DNA of 64,000 nucleotides from Laetmonice hystrix. Lineage: Eukaryota. The notes under the pieces were generated by a model. That model ran no database searches, was not told the origin of the DNA, and saw only the letters and a list, made by a program, of their open reading frames with translations. This document shows positions 12,001 through 22,509 of the stretch, piece after piece. Made by a program: the position numbers and the translations under genes. Numbering within the stretch: the first letter of the stretch is position 1; the number at the start of each line of letters is the position of its first letter. The DNA lies in NCBI GenBank assembly GCA_965235115.1, contig OZ249436.1:42286001-42350000 (forward strand). Reading direction: 5' to 3'.

Positions 12001-15000
12001 TGGGAACGGCTGGGTCGGCCACTAGAGGAGCTCGGTACAGCTGGGGATTTGATTCAAAACATATCATTTGGGGACACACCTGCAATTGTGGACGTCCCCA
12101 ATTAGACAACTTTTGAGGGTGCAGCCTGGCCTGAGATGGCGAAGACTTGATGGCTATGGAAGATGGGAACTGCCAGGGCGGCGCCTATTGGACAACTTTC
12201 TAGGGTGCAGCCTTGCCTGGGATGGCCAAGCCTGAACAGAGGTGCGAAGGTGAGAACGGCTACAGCAGCGCTTTCGAGGAGGTGGGAACGGCTGGGTCGG
12301 CGACTAGGGGAGGTTGGTACAGCTGGGGCAATTTTTGACAATTCGATAATTGAACTATGTTATAATATTCAACTTCAACTAACCAGGGACACGATCCTCA
12401 TCAGAAGGTAAATCTCCTACAACTGCGGCTGGCATGTCATCAGGCGATACGCCTGAAAGAAATAGTTTAAAGTCGGAAACGTTGGCAATTGGAAAGACAA
12501 AACTAAGGGGGGGGGACAGCCAGATGGGTAGGGTAGGTTGGGATGGCTGGGACACCGGTGGGGAAGGCTGGCATGTGAGGGCAGGAAGACAGGGACAGGA
12601 CGGTGGGAAGGAACCCAGTTAATATGTCAGCCTGAGCTTTACATACGAGATACCTTATAGTTAAATGTGTATGGATTTGATTCAAAACATACCATTTGGG
12701 GACACACCTGCAATCGTGGACGTCAAACTTTTGAGAGCACTAGGGCGGCACTTCATAGAGGTGGGAATGGCTGGGTCGGCGACTAGGGGAGGTCGGTATG
12801 GCTGGGGCAGTTTTTGAGAATTCCACAATTGAACTATGTTATAATATTCAACTTCAACTTACCAGGGACATGATCCTCTTCAGAAGGTAAATCTCCTACA
12901 ACTGCTGCTGGCATGTCATCAGCCGATACGTCTGAAAGAAATACTTTCAAGTCAGAAACGTTGCCAATCAGAAAGACAAAACTAAGGGGGGGGGGGGGGA
13001 GGAAGAGCCAGGTGGGTAGGGTAGGTTGGGACGGCTGGGACACTGGTGGGGGAGGCTGGGATGTCAGGGCAGGAAGCCAGGGACAGGACGGCTCAGTTAA
13101 TATGTCAGCCTGAGCTTTACATACGAGATACCATATAGTTAAAGTGTATGGATTTGATTCAAAACATATCATTTGGGGACACACCTGCAATTGTGGATGT
13201 CCCCGATTCAACAATTCTTAAGGGTGCAGCCTTGCCTGAGGTGGAGAAGTCAGATTGGCTGGTAAGAAAGGAGGGGGCGGCTGATTATGGAGGTGGCGAT
13301 AGCTGGGATTGTGGGTTGGGGGGCAGGGGGTGGGTGGTGATTGCCACTAACTGTCCTAATAGTGAACTGTTCTCCTTGACATCTTTTGCTTACCTGCTCT
13401 GGTAGAGACATACGTTGACTCGGCACTGACATCTACACCATCCAACTCTTTACGCCTACTTTGTTCCTCATCACCACCTTTGCCTTTCATGGATACTTCT
13501 GAAAGGACATATACTTTTAAAATTGTTGGCCATTCCAAAACACTGACACTGTACATTGTTGGCCCTGTCAAAACACTGACATTTGGTATTCCAAGGTGTC
13601 ATGTGTTTCGTATGGCGTTTTCTGATAAAATTTGCACTGACCCTATTCAAAGTACCTATCATGACCAATTCCATATAAAATTTACCAAATACATGTAGTC
13701 TAAAATCCCAGAATTGACCCCTATATAATACGTCGTGAAACTTTACAATTTTGACCCAACGTGCAGAAACTGAAATGTGGTTCAAAAGAAATCTCAAACT
13801 CCATGACCTTTCCATGACTCTCCCTCTTTTTTATAATTATTTTCTATGACTTTTCCAGGCCTGGAAAACGAAATTTCGTTTTCCATGACTTTAGTGACTT
13901 TTCCTGACTGTGGGAAAACTGCCTGAGCTTTACATACATCATACCTTATAGTTAATGTGTATGGAAATCATTTGGGGACACACCTGCAATTGTGGACGTC
14001 CCCAATTGGACAACTTTTGAGGGTGCAGCCTGGCCCGAGATGGCGAAGCCTTGACAGCTAGGGAAGATGGGAACTGCCAGGGCAGCGCTTGGAGGAGGTG
14101 GGAGCTGCCGGGATGGCGGGTGGTGGAGGTGGGAACAGCCGGGGCAGACAATTCGACAGTTGAACTATTTCATATTCAACTTCAACTTACCAGGGATACG
14201 ATCCTTATCAGGCAGTAAATCTACAACTGCTGCTGGCATCTGCCAATATGCCCCAAAGAAATAGTTTCAAGTTATAAACGTTGGCTATTGGTTAGATGAA
14301 ACTAGGGGGGGCAGCCAGGACAGCAGGTAGGGTAGGGTAGGGCAGCTGAGACAGCAGGTGGGGAAGGTGGGGTCGGCGGGGATGGCGGGGGGGGGGGGGT
14401 GGAAGATAAGGACAGAACGGCGGGAAAGAGCTCATTTGATATGTCAGCCTGAGCATTACATATCAGTGACCTTATGTTAATGTGTATAGATTTGATTCAA
14501 AACATATCATTTGGGGACACACATGCAATTGTGGACGTCCCCAATTGGACAACTTTTGAGGATGCAGCCTTGCCTGGGATGGCGGGGGGTGGGTGGTGGT
14601 TGCCACTAACTGTCCTAATAGTGAACTGTTCTCCTTGACATCTTTTGCTTACCTGCTCTGGCAGAGACATACGTTGACTCGGCACTGACATCTACACCGT
14701 TTGTCGTTTGGCGTTTTCTGATAAAATTTGCACTGACCCTATTCAAAGTACCTGTAAGCTGTGTGTGGTGAACTTTTTGGGGGGAATAAGTTGTCGTATA
14801 TGTCGAGGATAACTCTACACGAGTGGCCCTCTTGAGCAGCAAGAATATTGGGATCCAGTACAGTACACCTACATACGATGACGATGTCTCAGAGGAGACG
14901 GGTACCTAGGCTATACCTCTCATCACAGTGATGCCCCCTCACACCCCCGACCCCCGTACTGAGCGGGCCGAGCTGACTCCCCACCTTCATGCCATGTGAC

Positions 15001-18000
15001 CTCAGCCAAGCTATGTGTCACCTGTCCTCTCTTGGCACACTCAGCCTGCCAGAATGGGGATATCATTAAAACTATACTCCGAAAGGCTGACTGGCATCTG
15101 TCATAAACTCACCCAAGATATGGGGAGTGGGGGCCATGGACAGGACCCAGGGGAGATAGGCCAGCACTGAGGGCCAGCTCGACCTGGGCTGTCCGCTATA
15201 AACTGTGGACAGTGGAATTCGCAGGCGTGGCGAATTTGGTGGCTTATTTTGGCAGTGGAACTCGCCACAGGCTGCAAGTATTCATGTTTGCGAGCATGGC
15301 TACCGCTAACGTATTCCCTGCTCATACAGTATTTACTCAATACGGGGTTGATAAACTGATACAGTATGTACTAATGCAGAGTTTGTATAAATAGCCCCGA
15401 CATTTACTCTCGCAACAGGATACCTATACTGCTGCACACAACGTCTACCCCAATCTAGATAGGTAGCATGATGCCTAGGCTTAGATTGGTAAGACAAGTA
15501 CCGAGCTGGTTTACCACGCTTCAAACTTCTTTTTCTGCATATTTAGACAACGTTACATCTTCTAATCACTATTCATTGAGTTATTTTATGTAAAAATCTG
15601 ATGAGATCAACTTTTACACAGAATAGATCCGTATTAGTTGAAACATGCAACTTGACTGCCGACTCGTTTCGCTGCCTCATCGTCGTTGTTGTGGTTGGCT
15701 TGGGCGTAAGTGCAACCTTTGACCTAAGACATGACCTCTGACCCACATATGACCGATGAGTAATTTTGACGTGCGCCTTTTTATTACGCAAATCTAGATT
15801 AGCAGAGTCAAAGACAACATGAGCTGACAGTCAGATGTTGGCATGAAGGAATTCCATGGATTTTGCCATCATTGGACCAAATTAATAGCTTTCAAAGTCC
15901 ATTCTACATTCTAATGTGGCGTTTCCATCACAGCGGAATCCGTGTTTTGTCGCCACCAGGCTTAGACTTACCTAAGCCACGCAAGCATGCTGATTTAAAA
16001 ACTCGAATTCAGGCTTAGTCTTACGGTAAGCCTAGTTTTAGTCTTACTGCAGCCATTTCTTTTAAAAAACGGCCCCCGGTCAGTATGCACCGGTCTGTGT
16101 GGCCAGGGCAGCCGATGCGCATTGGGCCAAAACGGCCAACGGATCGTGTCGGGAATGTTGAGATGTTGTACATTTACGACGCAACAGTTCCGTCAGCACT
16201 GCACAGCGACATCAAACTGCAGACAGCACACGCTTCGTTTATCAACTATTCTGCATGGGGTACCATTGGCGTTCTGACGACAAGTGTGGATGTCCCAAAT
16301 AAGAAACAAATACTGTGTATGGATTTATTTCTGCAACTAGTATTTGGGGACACACCTGCAATTGGGGACGTCTGTGATTCGACATCTTTGGTGGATGCAA
16401 CCGTATCTGAGGTGGTCAAGCCGGATCTGCTGGTAGGGAGGCGGGGTGGCCAGGTAGGGAGGATCTGCGTTAACTCTAGGACTTTCCTATATATTGGCCT
16501 GAACTTTACATATCACTGACCTTATGATAATGTGTATGGATTTGATTCCAAACATATCATTTGGGGACGCACCTGCAATTGTGGACGTCTTAGGTGGGGA
16601 AGTCTGATTGGCTGGTAGGGAAGGTGGGGACAGCTAGGACAGTGGGTCGGGCAGGTAAGGATGGTGGATTATGGAGGTGGAGATGGCCGCAACGGCGATG
16701 CGGGGGATGGGGGAGGGAGGTGGTGACCGCCACTGCCCGAATAGTGAAAAGTTCTCATTGACATCTTTTGCTTACCTGCTCTGGCAAGGACATTTGTTGA
16801 CTCAGCAGTGATGACATCTTCACTATCAGACTCCTTAGGCCTACTTTGTTCCTCAGCACCACCACATTCCATGGAGACTTCTGGAAGGAAATGGTATGTA
16901 GTACTAGTAGGGAAAACTTATTCCATTTTGGTGGTATTCCTACTGCAAGTGGGTCGACTCCCAGATGGCAAGTGCGGGAACAAGTCTTACTCTTTAAGGT
17001 ATTTGCGTCTAAGGAAGTCTGACAAGGCATGAGTCAAAAAGTTTAGCTTACCTTCTCCATTGCCAGGGGCTTTTGCCATAGAGCCAGGTGTCGACTTACT
17101 AGATTCTGAAAGAATTTTGACAAAGTTATCCTAATTAATTCATAAATAAAAATTTAACATATTTCCTCAGATGCCTGATTACTACTTTCAAGCACTCGAC
17201 AAATTCCAATTGGGGACCTCCTCGGTTGCAGGTGGGTCCCCAAATGCATGAGGTCAAGCCATCACGGCATGCAAGCCGTGGATATGTTATTTTATCTCAA
17301 GACGCTATTTCAAAAAAACTTAAATGATGGAATGCAATTCATCTGTTACTGTACATGACAGCTGTGTATCGAGAGTTTCACTGAGAAAACCTATTATTTA
17401 CTCTGCATTTTGTAACAGCAGTTTAGGAATTGGGCAACTTCTAACATAACATCAACGCAACATAACCAGTTTTCACTTGAATAGGGAAATACTTTATCTC
17501 CTTGGTTGGCAATGTGTTTGAGACTAAGTAAGAGACAGCTTAAAAATGGGGAGTAACTTGTAAGGCAAATTTCAAATATTTCTTACTAACCAACCAAGGT
17601 ATTAGTAATTTCCATAAAAATTGTAAACGAAAAGAATGTTTCTTATCAAAAAAAAAAAAAACATACTCTACCTGATTTATCGCACTCCTTTAAAGAAATG
17701 TGTATAGAATGTTGATTTGGCAGAGCTTCCCCAGTGTCCTTAAACTAGGGGGGGGGATCTTTATTCTGTGGATGGGGGACAGGATTTTAGGAGTGTAAAC
17801 CACTCCAACATATTCTCATTTCAACCGATTGTGCATCATCTGCAATCCTACAAATTTCTTGAGATTTTGACCTAAATCAGGGGTGTAGAAATAGTTCCCC
17901 ACCCTGTTGGCTGTTGGAATGGACGGGACTTCCAGAAATGTGGTATGAAATAGCAGTTTTACTGAAAGTACCTAGTCATTTTAGCAATGGCAAAGTATGA

Positions 18001-21000
18001 AATACATGAAACTCTGAAAGTACAAACGTTTAGGATACAACACCTGACTCAACATTTCTCAAACACAATTTTAAAATTCATATTTTAAAAAAGCCTGACA
18101 ATACATTAAGAGCCTCTTTCATACATACATTTCCAACCATTTTTTAAAATACTTTTTTACTCTTTTAAACAGGGTTCCCACGATCAAGACCCATAGAAAT
18201 CATGCAGGGCTATTTCTCTTTCTAGTTTGGCAAAGAAGCAGCCTCCAACAAATGACTTAGTGAGCAAGGCCATGTAAGTAAAACACACAGTGAGGATCAT
18301 GATAGATTTCCTGACTCTTTGGGAACCCTATTTTGAGGAGCATTGATCCAAAACAAAGTGTACTTACCCACGGTAGATTATTGATGCCATAATCATAAAG
18401 AATCTCTTCTCCTGGAAGAATCTCTCTGATTGCGCAAATCATTAAGTGTGGCCTGTCATAACAATCTGGTTTCACTTTGACTCTGCTATTTTGAGTTCTT
18501 GTTTTCTTGGACCCATGGTTCACCAAGCGGCCAAAATTGGCTTCTGGCTGTTCTGGTTCATCTGTTGCATCCATGCTTTAAAAATATTCAAATATTCTGT
18601 AAGTGACTTTTCCATGTGTATAATCTTCTATGTATAGTAATTATCTACCCTGTTAAGACATTTCTTTGACAAATACATTCAGTTACAGGTAATAGCGACT
18701 TAAATTGTGCGTCCACATCACCTACTCGCAAGGCATAAAACTGAATTTAATAAAAAATAGCAGCCTTCATTCAGTTTATTTATCAGTATGTTTTTATATG
18801 CATTGTGATTGGTGGGACTAAGGTTCAGGTGTCATTTTTTCTTAAGTAAAGGCTTCCAGTACTTTTGGAAATACTTAGTGCTCCTCCAGTTTGGAAGCCC
18901 TACATTGGAGTAGCCAACTGTTAAAAAAAGATACATAGGTCTAATTTCTAAAATGTATGTTGGACTCACCACCATTCCTTTCCGGCATGATTAAAAAAGT
19001 AGCGGAAAACACTGGGTATCCTAGTCTCCAGTTCATCCCCTTTCTCAGCTGTTATCAGCTTTCCGCTATATTCACAAATTTCTTCCCCAATACCGATGAG
19101 AGACCTTGTTCTGATGCCTCTTCCTAAAAAGTAAATAAATCCTATAAATATTGTTGTGTGACCAAACAGAAGTAGACAGTTTTTATTTAGCCCCATGCAT
19201 GGCTAGGGATAATGACCTTATTATAGAACAAGGTTAATGGTAATCAGGGTAAAGCAATTAACATGCTGAATTTAGCTTAGGGCCCAAGTAAGAGGCACTG
19301 GGGTCAATGTTATGCCCGGTGCACACTACACGACTTCGAAGGCGCGACAGTTGAGTTGCTATTCTTCCCGATTCCCGATTAAAGACTGACGCATGCACAC
19401 TACACGATTTCTAAGACGAGACACATACACACTATGCGACTCAACTGTTGGCGACCCGCCAGCCGATTGCCGCGATCCTGGTGTTGAAAACTACGACTTA
19501 TAATTGCGCCCGTCACGACAGTCACCATCACATTTCGAGCTTGACATGGCGCAGGGGGGTTTCCAAGTATCCGGAACCCCCCCTTTGCAAAATTACTATA
19601 TTAAGGACGTTTTTGAAAAAATGAAGTACATATGATAATTTTAACCAAAGGAAATCTTCAGATTTCCGCACAAGACGTCCCGAGATTAGGCTACATTATT
19701 TGATGGTTTTCTTTTTTAATTTCCAGAGGAGCATGGCCTAATGGCCATCTCTAAAGTAGGCCTACATAAAATTAGGAAACCCCCTTAGAAATTTCTGGAT
19801 ACGCCACTGTGGCACCACCCTTGCACTTGCCCTTATTGTTGTGCTTTGACTTCCAAGACTGCATAGGAAACATTCCAGGAACTTTAGTCGATAATGGGTA
19901 ACATAGGTGGCGGAAGATAAAATTGGTTGCCGGGGTTGTGAATGACATCTATAGGTCACAAGTTCCAAGATTTGAAATGCGGGCTATACGAGCGCAAGGG
20001 GAAGGGGAGGGCAGTGACGGATGTGTCACCTCATAAATTTGATTTAAGAGTAGGCTACTGGGTTTGGTGTTGTCACCCATGCACCCATCTATAGGGTGTC
20101 ATGTGACAAAATTACTGCTATGTGATTGGACCAGGTGTTCCCGACGATCAAGTCGCGTCAGGAATAGCACGCACACTGACAACTACAATAGTCAAAGTGG
20201 TGCACACTACATGACTGTTGTTGGGCCCCGATTCATTTTTTGAATCGTATAATAAGACTGCGGGTCGCCGACTCGAAACCCGTCGTAACTCATCTTATCT
20301 AGTCGGCAATTACATGCATACTACATGACCTTCAGTTGGCGATTGCTAAGACTGCCGATCCCCGACTGTCGCGTCTTAGAAGTCGTGTAGTGGCACCGGG
20401 CATTAAAGACTCTCACTTTTTGCCAACCATAGTTTTGTATGCTTATGTTATGTGTGAACAGTAGTGTTGACTTTCTCTCAGTGTTGCCAACCATCCAGAA
20501 TAATTCCGGAAACCTCTGGAAATTCAAGTCACCTTTTTAAGAAGTACAGAATCTGTAAAAAATGGTCTAGAATCTGGAAAAAATATGTGGAAGTTTGAAA
20601 ACCTCCGGAATTACAGAAATTACGTCTGGGATTTCTGTATTTTCCATTCTCAAAGAATTTCATTAAGTCATGGATAGGTGGTGCTGTGATGATAGCTCGA
20701 TGCATTCAAGCTAATGTCTATAGAATCCGCTAGGTGTCCTCAATTACCTAGTTATATCAAAGCTTTTACTTCTGGACGTTGTGTCCACAAACAAGATGCG
20801 GCATCCGTGAATAGATCAGGAATTTTTGGGTTCTCCAGGTTGGCAACACTGCTTTCTATAGCCTGACACCCAGGGCTACTTATTTTTCCAAAACTGGCGA
20901 TCGCCAATCTCAGTGAAACTGGCTCTTAGGGTAGTTTGGACAGGTAAAACCTAAAAAATTCAACTGGCAATTAAGTTGTTGTAGCTCAAAGATTCTGAAA

Positions 21001-22108
21001 CTAGATGAAGAACAACAGGGATAAATATATATCTATCCGATTTCAAGAGGGCATGGTACTCCTATCCCAAAAAGGGCACTATATGTCGACAGGGGCATTT
21101 GAGCAAGTCTTCTAATGCACAAAGCACAGTCTAGAGAGGATTTAACTGCATATTAATTGATTAGCTTGAGTACAACATCGTGTTTTCTGTGCATCTGATG
21201 TCCATTTAAAAAGTAAATACCGGTAATTCAAACCTTCCTTCCCCTAGCTATATGATCTGTGGTTAGATCTAGGCCTGATTGAAATATCTTGCTTCACCAG
21301 TACAGTTCTCCGATTCTTTCTTTTCTTGGGGTGTAACCCACCTGCCCTTTGCCTTAGGCAGGGAGCCTAGGAGCCCTCCCCCAGAAAAATTAAAAACTGG
21401 AACAACGTAAAAAAAAGGCGGCTTCTTTTTCAAGGAGAGGGATCACCACAACCCTTTGGATCCGCCCCTGACCTATTAAACCTATTAAAACCCACCTACT
21501 TTTTTAATTGGGAGGATTGCAACCTCCCCCCCCCCTGATTCCACCGCCATTCAAAATCAGCCTAGTTATATCCCTGAGGGGACAATGACTTAGAGATTCA
21601 GGGGCGGATCTAGGGTCTACATTCAGGGGGGTCCAGCATAAAAAGGGCAAATCGAGGGGGGGGGGGTCCGTTGTAAAAACTATAAGGCATTTTGGTTATT
21701 AAAAATTAAATTTGGCAAATTTGAGAGGGGGGGGGGGTCCGGACGTCGCCGACACCGCCCCCCCCCCCCTGGATCCGCCTATGATCTGATTTAATACAGC
21801 CTTTACCACAAACATTTAACTATAAACACGATGCAACATCTTTCAATAATATCTTAGAGAATTATTTGAAACTATTTACAAAGTAATTCTCTTATAAAGT
21901 TGTACTTCTCTGCTGTATTGTTATGTTAGGCCTAACGCTAACACGTGGGCAGGCTAACTGTTAGTGTTAGCGTGCTCATCGAACGTTACTGTTGCCGACA
22001 ATCTAGAGCTGAAAATGTACCGAAACAGACCTGAAACAACTTACCTTTCGGAGGTATAATATCGACATACAGGTCGGGGAAAGTTCGCCTTCTCTTAGTC
22101 TTCTCCAT
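1..22108 (-). CDS. Multi-exon SET-domain + tyrosine-recombinase gene (Crypton-like); 3' end runs off the window start
   Basis: Hand-spliced GT-AG exons with compatible phases: 22045-22108 (ATG, ph1), 18970-19123 (1-2), 18368-18575 (2-0), 17672-17687 (0-1), 17052-17105 (1-1), 16776-16880 (1-1), 13394-13498 (1-1), array of 69-nt 1-1 exons, 4769-4849 (1-1), 2512-4596 (1-1), <1-80. That the SET and YR exons share one transcript is inferred from phase compatibility. Confidence 0.7.
99..1900. mobile_element. TA-flanked Tc1/mariner(pogo/Tigger)-type MITE carrying a nested foldback insertion
   Basis: ta|CAGTAAAACCTCC ... GGAGGTTTTACTA|ta termini; internal repeated AGGGAACAC motifs. Confidence 0.75.
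339..1574. mobile_element. Foldback-like element: ~245-bp inverted arms around ~200-bp GGTACC-rich tandem units
   Basis: 339-~585 is the reverse complement of ~1329-1574; units recur at 684, 888, 1086 and 1283. Confidence 0.8.
2512..4596 (-). CDS. Large exon encoding CxxC/zinc-finger-like motifs and a tyrosine recombinase (Crypton-like) domain
   Basis: Inside the 741-aa ORF 2501-4726. Motifs HYCMYCSK..RRHFETQH, VPCEYCLGYY..LWKHVRRC, ILFNRRRQGEV (catalytic R), GKRGRTVP (K), RSTKLRK (xxxR), FLGHDIRVHREFYR (H, Y). Acceptor ttgttcag at 4597-4598; donor gtagg at 2510-2511. Confidence 0.85.
4255..4400 (-). repeat. In-frame 36-bp (12-aa) coding minisatellite (TNEAGNTSAAxx), about 4 copies
   Basis: Visible in the translation TNEAGNTSAAMT/LNEAGNTSVAIA/TNEAGNTSAAVT/MSEAGHTGAA. 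Confidence 0.85.
4730..14750 (-). repeat. Complex tandem array with a ~2.43-kb higher-order repeat, containing repeated 69-nt candidate exons
   Basis: Offsets 6283>8711>11142, 7983>10415 and 8220>10650 are all 2428-2432 bp. Intact ttctttcag|..|gt exons at 4769-4849, 5743-5811, 6283-6351, 7983-8051, 8220-8288, 8711-8779, 10415-10483, 10650-10718, 11142-11210, 12384-12452, 12863-12931; acceptor lost at ~7437, ~9863, ~14191. Confidence 0.9.
6547..6883. mobile_element. CAGGGTTCC-terminated MITE with a 5-bp TSD (CCTGA); copies at 8973-9309, 11406-11735 and a partial copy at ~13660-13921
   Basis: The empty site ATGTCAGCCTGAGCTTT is seen in other array units; the filled site reads CCTGA[CAGGGTTCC...GGAACCCTG]CCTGA. 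Assignment to hAT-like elements is inference. Confidence 0.8.
16776..17687 (-). CDS. Three small linker exons: 17672-17687 (16-nt microexon ECDKS), 17052-17105, 16776-16880
   Basis: Each has AG/GT boundaries and the phases chain 0-1, 1-1, 1-1 with no stops; Ser/Glu-rich low-complexity peptides. Confidence 0.55.
18368..18575 (-). CDS. SET domain exon 3, PR-Set7/SETD8-like (CMDAT...FGRLVNHG...PHL...REILPGEEILYDYG...PW)
   Basis: RxxNH and ExxYDY catalytic SET motifs; CxDAT, PHL and the terminal PW resemble SETD8; gtaagt donor. Confidence 0.9.
18970..19123 (-). CDS. SET domain exon 2 (GRGIRTRSLIGIGEEICEYSGKLI...FRYFFNHAGKEW-C)
   Basis: GRG..EYxGxLI SET motifs; tttttag acceptor, gtgagt donor. 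Confidence 0.85.
19313..20402. mobile_element. PIF/Harbinger-type non-autonomous element
   Basis: tta|TGCCCGGTGCACACTACACGACTT ... AAGTCGTGTAGTGGCACCGGGCA|tta; 3-bp TTA TSD. Confidence 0.75.
20479..20851. mobile_element. hAT-type MITE
   Basis: CAGTGTTGCCAACC ... GGTTGGCAACACTG; 8-bp TSD ctttctct/ctttctat (7 of 8 match). Confidence 0.75.
22045..22108 (-). CDS. First coding exon of the SET-domain gene (MEKTKRRRTFPDLYVDIIPPK-G)
   Basis: aaaATGG start context and gtaagt donor; splicing to 19123 rebuilds the KGRG motif that opens SET domains. Confidence 0.7.
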
Positions 22109-22471
22109 TTTCGCTGGCAGCCTGCTGTTCCTCGACCGGAAGTCGAGTCAAGTTTCCGCGGGACCTCCGAGTTGACCTAAATTGGCTGCTGACGTCATCC
22201 GTATTATGCCGCGTAAAAGGGGACACGTGTGTGTCGCCGAAAATCCGATACGCCACGTGGTGGCAAACCATGGAACTACGATACCCGTAGAACACAGCGT
22301 AAATGTGGACGAGACACGAATATCTAAAAATAGCAACTTAGTGCAGACTGTACGTCCCCAGATACCGGAAAATAGCAAAATGTCAATTGGGGATGTCCTC
22401 GTTTGGAGGCGAGTCCCCGATTTGAAGGTGAGGAAACAGACGAATGTCCACGGTTGAAACAACATACAAAA

Positions 22472-22509
22472 ACACCCACACACACACACACACACACGCA
22501 CGCACGCAC
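22472..22509. repeat. (CA)n/(CGCA)n microsatellite at the probable terminus of the Crypton-like element
   Basis: Read directly; lies ~50 bp beyond the 34-bp GGGGAC/GTCCCC dyad at 22387-22420. Confidence 0.9.

Noticed and set aside
4902..14264. Many plus-strand ORFs in the array
   Set aside because: Splice signals and the flanking gene are on the minus strand; plus-strand frames are not preserved between copies.
4975..14544. Regularly recurring dyad repeat resembling a CRISPR array
   Set aside because: Intervening sequences are hundreds of bp long and are themselves repeats; eukaryotic context; no cas genes.
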